From IMG/VR virus record IMGVR_UViG_3300037483_000592: a DNA stretch of 48,041 nucleotides, one strand, 5' to 3'. The notes below the pieces were generated by a model, which saw only the letters and a list, made by a program, of their open reading frames with translations, was not told where the DNA came from and did no database searches. This DNA is from a virus. Shown here one piece after another: positions 1 to 7,512 of this stretch; position 1 is the first letter of the stretch, and each line of letters opens with the position of its first letter. A program made the position numbers and the translations under genes.

Positions 1-127
1 CTCGCCGGCCAGGTCGGCGTCCCCGGGCTCCCCGTACTTCCCCTCGATGTCCGCGCGGAAGGCCTCCGCGCTCTCGAAGCCCTTGGCCAGCTCCACATAT
101 TGCTGGTAGATCTCCGCGTCAACGGCG
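1..127. repeat. Terminal direct repeat copy 1 (exact overlap with window end; circular-assembly signature)
   Basis: Nt 1-127 are identical base for base to nt 47915-48041. The identity stops exactly at both window edges. Confidence 0.97.
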
Positions 128-3100
128 GTGCCGTAGAGGAACTCGCCCTGCCAGTCCTCGGGGTGAAATAGGATAGATCCCTCAAGTATTCTTTCAATTC
201 GTTCGAAAGCTTGTTCGAAGGCAGCGTCAATGGCGCTTCGGTGGCTTTCATATTCTTCTAAATCTTCGGTGATTCCCAGCACCTCAGACCTTACCGATCT
301 ATTTGGCGCTTCATGGATCTGTAGTGTTTCTCTGATCACTTGCCTTATGTTCTTCTTGCCCTCCATGAGGGCGAGTGCATTCTGTACGCTTACTCCTTCC
401 TCAATTAATGCCTGCTTGATTTCTTCATCCACATGAAACAGTGCTTTGTCGTAGGCCTTGCCGGCGTCCAGGTCCATCTCGGTTCTTCGGAAACGCATAT
501 CGGCAAACACGCTCGCCGGGACCTCCTGGGTCGCCGAGATGCGGTAGTCCTCGCTCATCGCGTGCTTCAGGGCCTTCACGTGCGAAACGAACAGCGTATG
601 AGAGAATGGGCCGTACTTGTCGAAGAAAGAAATCTGCCAGCGAGCCCCGGGGCGGGTGGCCGGAAAGAGGATATGGAACTTCGACCGGTCCGGGCTCTCG
701 AACAGGATCGCCGACCTACGGCTGCGCTCGTCTTTCAGCACCGCCAGGATCTTCCGGTTTTCTTTCATCTGGAAATCCCGGAACCGCCTCTCGATCTCAA
801 TCCCCGAACCTGGTTGCTCCTCGGCGATCGGGATGATGGCTTCCAGGGCCGCGATCGTACGATCGTGCTCCTCCAGGTCCTCCTGGGGGATCTCCTTGTG
901 GAACAGCTGCGTGACGGCTTGCGCGTCTACCTGTGGGGCCATTTTCGCGTAGAAGCGGCGCACATCCTGCATGGTGGGCTGCATCAGATTTTCCCAGCCG
1001 ATCGTACGGGCCTCACCTTCAGCGCTGCTCAGCTCCATCACCATCAGCTCTTTGCCGGCGATCAGGTATTCGATCACCTTCATCTGTTCGTCTGTCGGAA
1101 TCATGGTGCTCTGGATCGCGAGCTCGCCCATGATGCCTACATCCATTCGGAGGGCCCCGGCTTGCCAAGCAGCTTCATAGGCCGGCGGTTGTTTATCCGC
1201 CCATTCTGCTCCCAGTTCCTTGCTCTTCTTGAGCTGAGGGAAAACGAGCTCAATCCCGATATGGCCGATGCGGTCGTGGTATTTCCAATACCCCTCCCCT
1301 TGGTGCTTCTCCCAAGAGAAGTCCAGCATCCGGCCATCCGATAGAATCCAGGAGGCGTGCTTCTGGTTGTCGGTCGTGCCGAATACCTCCACGGCCGCGG
1401 CGTTGAACTTCTTCTGTAGCTCGGGATCCCGGTGGAACAGAGAGAGGTTGTCGGCGTCGTCCTTCAGGCGCTCCAGGGTGACAGCGGTCTGCTTGTCGGC
1501 CATCGCCCCGCTGACGTGCTTCCATCCCTCCTTGGTTTTCTCCCAGTCGGCGATCCGGATCTCCTGCTTCTCGGCGAAGTCGAAGATCGGCTGCACGTCC
1601 GGAGCCTTGGGCCGCAGCAGCTTGTCGTCCCACGGGACCAGGTCGAAGCCGGGGGGCTCGCCTTCCTCCGGATGCAGGAGAGCCTGCGCGGCCACCGGCA
1701 GGCCGGCCAGCTGTCGGGCCTCCCTCATCTTCTCGGGGTCTTGCGTCCAGCTCTCCCAGGTCTGCAGCTCCTCCCCCAGCGCATCGACCCGGTTCTGGAT
1801 AGCCGCAACGTCGCCGGCCTTGAAGCCGTACTTCTCGACGATCTTGGCCTGCGCGCCCCGGGACAGCCGGACGGCCGAGGAAAGCGCCTGGCGCTCCTGC
1901 AGGAGCTCCGCCTTCTTCGCGCTCACGGCCTTGGCGATCGCTTCCCCCTCGCGGATCAGGGAGTCGTCAAAGCCGAACATATCCCCCTGGGCGCCGCCGG
2001 CGGTGGTGACGGTCTGCCGTGCTAGGGCCAGGAAGTTGCCCAGCTCGTCGGCCGATAGCTTCTTGGCCTTGGTGATCCCCAGGCTCTGCAGCCGCTCATC
2101 CCCCAGCGAGGCCGCGGCTATGGCTGCGGCTTTGGCCTCGGTGATCTGATCGTTTCGGTAGAGAGAATAGAGACCATCGGAGGCATATCGGCCAATCGCG
2201 AAGCCGCTTCTTCCCTTGTGGCGATCAAGAAGTCCTCGGCGGGATGCTTCTTGCTCGGTGACTTGTCTCGCCCTGAAGTAGTTGGCATAGTCCCTCACGC
2301 TCCCTTGTCCGTCGCGGATGTTGGCCTCGGCGTCGAAGCTCATGGCCATCGCGGCGGTGAATCCGTCCGCCTCCCGCACGATCTGCGAGAGGATCGTCGG
2401 CAACTTCAGCCGTTGCGCCAGATCCAGCCGGTGGCGCCCGGTAATAACCTCCAGCCGTCCGTCCTGCCGCTCCCAGAGCACGATCGGCGGGATCCCGACC
2501 TTGACGTATTCCTCACCCTTCAGGGCCTCGATGATGCCGCGGCGGTCGGCCAGCTCCTTGAAGTTGGGGACCTCCGCGCTCAGAGTGATCCGGGAGAGCT
2601 CGACCTCCACCGGAGGTACGGCCGAGGGGCTGATGATGGTGGCGGCGCCCTCGGTCGACGGGGGCACGCCCTCTTCCACCTGGCTCACTTCCACCGCCGG
2701 GGCCGCCGGCGCCGGGACCTCGGCGGTGGCCTGGGCAAGTCCGCTGTCCGGCTTTTTCATCAGGCTGTCGTAGGCGGCCTGGAACTCCTGTGAAAGCAGC
2801 TCCGGCTCCTTGCCCAGCCTCTCCCGGATGAAGCTCAAGACGGCCCTCAGGGCCGCGGCGATCTGCTGGAACACGGACTGCAGCTCTGGGGTGGGCGCCT
2901 TTCCGGTGGCCAGGTAGTCCTCGAAGCGATCGGCCAGGTCCTCGATGTCGTCCACCGTCCAGGTCTGCCGGAGCTTGCCCAGCGCCGTTTCGAACTTCTT
3001 CACCTGGTCAGGGGAAAGCGCCAGCCGCTCGACCGCATGGAAAAACTCATGGACTCCATGGTGGAAATCGGCCTTCCCCAGCGCCGTGAAAAGGGCTTTC

Positions 3101-5244
3101 ACCTGGCCCTTGAACTGATCCACGGTCAGGGGAGCGATGAACTCCCCCCCGACCCGGAAGCGCGTACCGGCGATCCCCGTTCTCTCCTTCAACTCTGCGG
3201 CCGCCTCCGGTGTCACCAGGGCGACTTCGGGGCTGATGAACTGCCGCAGCCAGTCTTGCGTGCTCTGGCCAGAGACTTGCGCGAAGGTGTCGGACAGTTT
3301 GCCGAACAACTCCGCCTGCTCCGGGGTGGTGGCGTTGAAAAGCTGCCCCATGCGCTCCACGAACAGCCCGCGGGTGAGGTCCTGCTGGGCGGTGGCCTGG
3401 GCCTCCGGCCTGGCGACCTCGAAGCGCTGTAGGCCCCTCTCAGGCCCCAGCGGATTGGTAGCGACCAGGTCCTCTTTCAAGGCGACGTCCAGCTCGTCGG
3501 TCGGGTTCCACTCGATCTCCTGCCCCGGGTAGCGGGCCGCCAGGTCCAGCAGCAGCTCCCGGCGCAGATCCTGCTCCGTCTCGTTGACCACGTCCTCGAC
3601 GTAGATCCGCTCCCCGATGGTCTCGAAGGAAATGAAGCCGTAGCGCTTCCCGGTGGTGGGATCCCCGGCCTTCAGGAGCGCGACGACCCCCTGCTTGCCC
3701 CGCGTGAGGGTCTCGAGCTCCGTGTGCACCCGACCTTCCGGGCCCCGGACCGGGGCCGCTGCCTGCGCACCCTGCGCACCTGGCGCGGCCTGTGCGGGAG
3801 CTGCCGCGGCGGCCTGCTCCTTGCCGGGATGCTGTTGGTCCCAGACCTTGCCCAGGTAGGTGCGCCAGGCCGCATCGCTGACCCCCGTGCCCTGCAGCAC
3901 GTGGTCCCCGCGCATCACCGAGCCGATGAAGCCCAGGCGGCTGGGCATCTTCTTGGCCAGGTCGCGGATGCTGGACAGCTGGCGCACGTCGGCCCGCAGG
4001 CCGGCCGGAGCTCCGGAGACGCCGAAGATCAGGCCCGCGGAGACGCCACCGTAGAAGGCCTGACCGATCCGGCGGGCGGCTTCCTTGGTGGTCATGGGCG
4101 CGATCGTGGTCAGCACGTCCTGATTCTTCGCCAGCTCCCGGGCGGCCAGATCCGTGAAAATCGACGTGAGCTCCTGCAGGGGTTCCTCGATGCCTTCTCC
4201 GAGGGCGGCGCCCACCGCCTGGCCTGCCAGCCGCGTGGCCACCGCCCCGACCACCCCCGTGGCCATCATCTTGTTGGCGATCAGCGTCCCCGCGCTCTTC
4301 AGCGCCGGCGTGATCCCGGGCAGCTTCACGCCCAGGAGGATCTGCCCAACCGACTCGATGGCGCCCTCGACGATTCCCTCGATGTCGGACAGCGGGGCGG
4401 CGATGTTGTGCGGGACCTGGGCCTTGATCATCCGCCAGTAGGCCAGGCCGCGCATCACCTGGATGATGTCCTGGGTGGATCCCACCGCGAAGCCGACTGA
4501 AGCCATGGCCAGGGTGATTGCCGGCACGCTCATGCCCTCGGTGACTCCGGCCGCGGCCAGTCCCATCGGCGTAGCCGCGAGGGTCAGGCCGGCCACCGCG
4601 CCGGCGCCTGCGCCCATGATCCCGCCGCGGAGGAAGGACTGCGCCATGAGCGGCGTACTCTCCGTGGCCCAGAGCAGCGCGTTCTTGATCCAGGGCCTCG
4701 GGATCTCCGTCAGGGGCACGATCGCGGCTTCCAGCGCCTCCAGGCCCTTGATCATCGCCGGATCCTGCCCGCCGCTCTCCCGCAGCTGGAGGGCCAGCTT
4801 GCCGATGTCGTAATTCTTCATCCCGTTGTCCCAAGCGTCTCGGAGCGCCTGCGCGAACACGGGGGCCGGCGCGATCTTCCCCAGCCAGGCCTGTGACAGC
4901 TCTTCCAGGTTGGTGTAGGTCTTGGCGGGATCCAGGTCGAAGGTCTTGGCGATGTACTGGGTGGCGTTGATCCGGGTCATTTCCGCCACCGGATCATCCG
5001 CGGCGGCCAACAGGCGCATGAGGTTGATGCTCGGGTCCTCCGGTGCCGGCTCCTGCGGGATGGCCCCCTTCGAGCGCGCGTACATGGGGCTGGTTTCCAG
5101 GCCCAGCTGCTCGCGGACCGGATCCACGGCCTGGGGCACCGGGGGAATGACGGCTACCGGCTTCTTGTCCTTCGGAAACAGGGGCGGCACGGTCGCCTCA
5201 GTCTCCAGGCCCAGCTCGGTGCGGTAGCGGTTCAGATCGGACAC
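1..5244 (-). CDS. N-terminal 1748 codons of a giant (~2777 aa) internal virion/ejection 'polyvalent' protein; the ORF leaves the window at nt 1 and continues at nt 47914
   Basis: I read every plus-strand triplet 1-3, 4-6 ... up to 5244 and none is TTA/CTA/TCA. The next upstream in-frame stop is TCA at 5359-5361. The only start candidate is GTG (cac 5242-5244), which overlaps the TAG of the upstream gene. The frame is continuous with ORF 44825..48010 through the 127-nt overlap. The ORF track has no entry in this frame, as expected for an edge-truncated ORF. Confidence 0.85.
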   Translation of the reverse strand, partial: MSDLNRYRTELGLETEATVPPLFPKDKKPVAVIPPVPQAVDPVREQLGLETSPMYARSKGAIPQEPAPEDPSINLMRLLAAADDPVAEMTRINATQYIAKTFDLDPAKTYTNLEELSQAWLGKIAPAPVFAQALRDAWDNGMKNYDIGKLALQLRESGGQDPAMIKGLEALEAAIVPLTEIPRPWIKNALLWATESTPLMAQSFLRGGIMGAGAGAVAGLTLAATPMGLAAAGVTEGMSVPAITLAMASVGFAVGSTQDIIQVMRGLAYWRMIKAQVPHNIAAPLSDIEGIVEGAIESVGQILLGVKLPGITPALKSAGTLIANKMMATGVVGAVATRLAGQAVGAALGEGIEEPLQELTSIFTDLAARELAKNQDVLTTIAPMTTKEAARRIGQAFYGGVSAGLIFGVSGAPAGLRADVRQLSSIRDLAKKMPSRLGFIGSVMRGDHVLQGTGVSDAAWRTYLGKVWDQQHPGKEQAAAAAPAQAAPGAQGAQAAAPVRGPEGRVHTELETLTRGKQGVVALLKAGDPTTGKRYGFISFETIGERIYVEDVVNETEQDLRRELLLDLAARYPGQEIEWNPTDELDVALKEDLVATNPLGPERGLQRFEVARPEAQATAQQDLTRGLFVERMGQLFNATTPEQAELFGKLSDTFAQVSGQSTQDWLRQFISPEVALVTPEAAAELKERTGIAGTRFRVGGEFIAPLTVDQFKGQVKALFTALGKADFHHGVHEFFHAVERLALSPDQVKKFETALGKLRQTWTVDDIEDLADRFEDYLATGKAPTPELQSVFQQIAAALRAVLSFIRERLGKEPELLSQEFQAAYDSLMKKPDSGLAQATAEVPAPAAPAVEVSQVEEGVPPSTEGAATIISPSAVPPVEVELSRITLSAEVPNFKELADRRGIIEALKGEEYVKVGIPPIVLWERQDGRLEVITGRHRLDLAQRLKLPTILSQIVREADGFTAAMAMSFDAEANIRDGQGSVRDYANYFRARQVTEQEASRRGLLDRHKGRSGFAIGRYASDGLYSLYRNDQITEAKAAAIAAASLGDERLQSLGITKAKKLSADELGNFLALARQTVTTAGGAQGDMFGFDDSLIREGEAIAKAVSAKKAELLQERQALSSAVRLSRGAQAKIVEKYGFKAGDVAAIQNRVDALGEELQTWESWTQDPEKMREARQLAGLPVAAQALLHPEEGEPPGFDLVPWDDKLLRPKAPDVQPIFDFAEKQEIRIADWEKTKEGWKHVSGAMADKQTAVTLERLKDDADNLSLFHRDPELQKKFNAAAVEVFGTTDNQKHASWILSDGRMLDFSWEKHQGEGYWKYHDRIGHIGIELVFPQLKKSKELGAEWADKQPPAYEAAWQAGALRMDVGIMGELAIQSTMIPTDEQMKVIEYLIAGKELMVMELSSAEGEARTIGWENLMQPTMQDVRRFYAKMAPQVDAQAVTQLFHKEIPQEDLEEHDRTIAALEAIIPIAEEQPGSGIEIERRFRDFQMKENRKILAVLKDERSRRSAILFESPDRSKFHILFPATRPGARWQISFFDKYGPFSHTLFVSHVKALKHAMSEDYRISATQEVPASVFADMRFRRTEMDLDAGKAYDKALFHVDEEIKQALIEEGVSVQNALALMEGKKNIRQVIRETLQIHEAPNRSVRSEVLGITEDLEEYESHRSAIDAAFEQAFERIERILEGSILFHPEDWQGEFLYGTAVDAEIYQQYVELAKGFESAEAFRADIEGKYGEPGDADLAGE
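2310..2610 (-). other. ParB/Srx-like N-terminal domain inside the giant ORF (aa ~879-978)
   Basis: The translation reads GIPPIVLWERQDGRLEVITGRHRLDLAQRLKLPTILSQIVRE. This is the ParB-type beta strand, G-x-H/R-R and helix pattern. Confidence 0.6.
3037..3051 (-). other. HEXXH (HEFFH) zincin-type metallopeptidase motif inside the giant ORF (aa 732-736)
   Basis: The translation reads LGKADFHHGVHEFFHAVERLAL. Confidence 0.45.
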
Positions 5245-7067
5245 TACCGGCCCCCCGTTTTCTTGCGGGCCTCTTCCTGGAGCTCCAGGCCTTCCATACG
5301 GCCCTTGAGCAGGAGCTGCTCCTCGACGCGCTTGGCTGCCGCGGCCTCGGCCTCCTGCTCACGCCGGGTGATGTCCTCGGCCGCCGTGGCCTGGCCGGCC
5401 TCGCCGACCTGCTGCCAGGTGTACTTCCCGCCTCGGGTCCTGGCCAGGCGGAACAGGGTGAGCTGCTTGCCCTCAACCTTGTAGGCGTAGGGGATCCCGC
5501 TGGCGCTGATCAGGATCGCGGTCCCCGGCTTCCCGCCATAGGCCCCGGTGGTGTCCGTGAACACGGAGGCGATGCCCTGCTCCGGGAACTCCGTCCGGGC
5601 CCGAGCCACCAGGTAGGCGTTGTACCGGGCCAGGTAGTCCTGGCGGGCGCCAACCAGGCCGGTGTACTTCCCCTCCTCGATGTCGCGGGAAAGCAGCTCG
5701 AACTCATCCAGCACCTTCTTGTCCCCGAAGAGGACCTCCCAGCTGCGGCGGCCCCAGCGGTCGATGTTGCGCATGGCCACCGGCTTCACCAGGTTGTTGG
5801 CGGCAGCCTCGATGGTTTTCTGATCGGCGTCCGGGTTGTCCTGCATCCAGGTCCGGAAGTCGTTGACTACCCGCATCTGATCCGGGCCGTCCAGACCCGA
5901 GGCCTTGGTTTCGATGTACTTGATGGCCGCGCTGAACGCTGGATCTTCCTTCACCCCCAGGTATTCGAAAGCCGCCTTCACGAAGGAGCCGCGGACCAGG
6001 GGCCGTCCCGTGCCTTCCTTGTCGCGGCCGTAGTAGGCATCTTCCACCATCTGCCGGAGGGACCCCAGCGGGATTTTTCCCTTACCGAGCGCCAGCCGGG
6101 CCCAGAAGGAGTCCTCGTTGTTCTTGTACCAATCATCCAGCGCCCCGGAAGGCAGGGTGCCCATGTTCAGGAGCTGGGCGCGCTTTGCCGCGAACCGCTG
6201 CTCCCAGGTGTACTTCTGATCCCCGTTGTAGAAGTCGGAGGCTGCCAGCTGCCCCACGGCCTGGTCGATCTTCTCGACGCTGTCCGCCTCGATGTGCAGG
6301 TCGGCGAAGGTCCGGTCCAGCTGCTCATCCGCCAGCTTCCCGGCCTGGCCCTGCTCCCGGGCCAGCTCGTCAGCAAGCTTCAACCGGGTGTCGGCGTCCA
6401 GGGAGTAGCTCTCTTCGGCGAAGGCCGCTTCCGCTTCCTCGCTGGCCAGCCAGGCTACCCCCTTCTCGCCCATCTGCCTGGCCGCCTCCATGGTCTTGTC
6501 CCGGACGACTTCCTGGATCGCCGCGTCCTTGAGCTTGGCCAGGTCGGAGGCCTCGAACTCCATGGCCGTGCCCGCGGCAGCCAGCTCCGATTGCACTCGA
6601 CCCACGTCCAGGTCCTGGATGGCCTGGTTGATGGACTGCACGCGGAGCGTTCGAGCGTGGTCGATTGCGCGGGTGTCGGAGAGCTTCTGCACGTTATCCG
6701 CCCAGCCTTGGCGCAGGTCCCCCAGCTGCCGTTCGATCTCCCGCTTGGCCCCCGGGAGCTTGAGGCCCTTGCCCAGCTCATCGCGCAGGCCAGAATAGAA
6801 GGTGTCCAGCTTCTCCCCGTAGTCGGCATACTCGGGATCCCGCTGCAGCTCGCTCCAGAAGGTCCGCCACTGATCGCGGGCCTTGTTGGCGGCATCGTTG
6901 GCCTGGTTGCGGTTGGCCAGGTCGAACATCTTTCCGGCGAAGCCGGTTGCAACCTGCTCGACTCCGGCGGCCAGCTGGCCCCGGGCCCGAGCCTCCGCGC
7001 CAGCCAGGCCTCGGCGGCTGGGTTTGCGCGGGACGCCGATTTGCGGCTGGTAGATCGGGATCGCCAT
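5244..7067 (-). CDS. Virion internal/core protein candidate (positional equivalent of T7 gp15); function unknown
   Basis: This is a 607-aa ORF with protein-like composition. It lies between the small TM protein and the giant gene. Its TAG overlaps the GTG start of the giant ORF. Confidence 0.7.
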   Translation of the reverse strand: MAIPIYQPQIGVPRKPSRRGLAGAEARARGQLAAGVEQVATGFAGKMFDLANRNQANDAANKARDQWRTFWSELQRDPEYADYGEKLDTFYSGLRDELGKGLKLPGAKREIERQLGDLRQGWADNVQKLSDTRAIDHARTLRVQSINQAIQDLDVGRVQSELAAAGTAMEFEASDLAKLKDAAIQEVVRDKTMEAARQMGEKGVAWLASEEAEAAFAEESYSLDADTRLKLADELAREQGQAGKLADEQLDRTFADLHIEADSVEKIDQAVGQLAASDFYNGDQKYTWEQRFAAKRAQLLNMGTLPSGALDDWYKNNEDSFWARLALGKGKIPLGSLRQMVEDAYYGRDKEGTGRPLVRGSFVKAAFEYLGVKEDPAFSAAIKYIETKASGLDGPDQMRVVNDFRTWMQDNPDADQKTIEAAANNLVKPVAMRNIDRWGRRSWEVLFGDKKVLDEFELLSRDIEEGKYTGLVGARQDYLARYNAYLVARARTEFPEQGIASVFTDTTGAYGGKPGTAILISASGIPYAYKVEGKQLTLFRLARTRGGKYTWQQVGEAGQATAAEDITRREQEAEAAAAKRVEEQLLLKGRMEGLELQEEARKKTGGR

Positions 7068-7074
7068 AATCCTC

Positions 7075-7503
7075 CTACGCCAGCATGCTGCCGGCGGACG
7101 CCAGGCTGCCCAGGAGGCTGCCCCACACCTGGTAGGGGCGGGTTTTCTTGAGCACGTCGGCCTCCGCTTCCATGGCCTCGGCGTCCCATTCGCCTTGCTG
7201 TCGAAGCCGGCTCACGTCCTGGCTCATGCGCCGGGAGGTTTCGCCGATCAGGGCCAGGGGGGAGCCGCTGGTGAGCTTCACCCCGGAGCGGCCGATCATG
7301 GCCTGCTGGGTGCCGGCGAACTGCTTCTGCTGCAGCTGGAGGTCCTCGACCTTGAACTCGGTTGCCTGGCGGGTCTGTTCCGCCTCTTCCCGGGCTGCGG
7401 CCTCTTCGGCCTTGCTCTCGTCGGAAGCAGCTTTGGCCTTCAGCGCGCCACCGATCAGGGCTGCGCCCGCGGCAATTATAGCGATCCACGTAAACGGATC
7501 CAT
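7075..7503 (-). CDS. Small membrane-anchored coiled-coil virion protein (positional equivalent of T7 gp14)
   Basis: The protein is 142 aa. It has an N-terminal TM helix (FTWIAIIAAGAALIGGAL) followed by a charged helical region. Confidence 0.7.
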   Translation of the reverse strand: MDPFTWIAIIAAGAALIGGALKAKAASDESKAEEAAAREEAEQTRQATEFKVEDLQLQQKQFAGTQQAMIGRSGVKLTSGSPLALIGETSRRMSQDVSRLRQQGEWDAEAMEAEADVLKKTRPYQVWGSLLGSLASAGSMLA

Positions 7504-7512
7504 AGGGCGCTC

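Noticed and set aside
1-127. The 127-nt end repeat as a biological direct terminal repeat
   Set aside because: This cannot be excluded. However, the repeat lies inside a continuous ORF and ends exactly at the contig edges, which favours an assembly overlap of a circular or permuted genome.
433-4500. Many long plus-strand ORFs (e.g. 433..1344, 1268..2149, 2218..2793, 3724..4500) overlapping the giant minus-strand frame
   Set aside because: Their translations are R/L/G/H/P-rich and low in complexity, as expected for antisense shadows in GC-rich DNA. The minus-strand frame under them is open for 5.2 kb and reads as good protein sequence.
3440-4834. 464-aa minus-strand ORF rich in RG/GR/PG
   Set aside because: It is in a different frame from the continuous giant ORF and its composition is not protein-like. 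It is an off-frame artefact of high GC.
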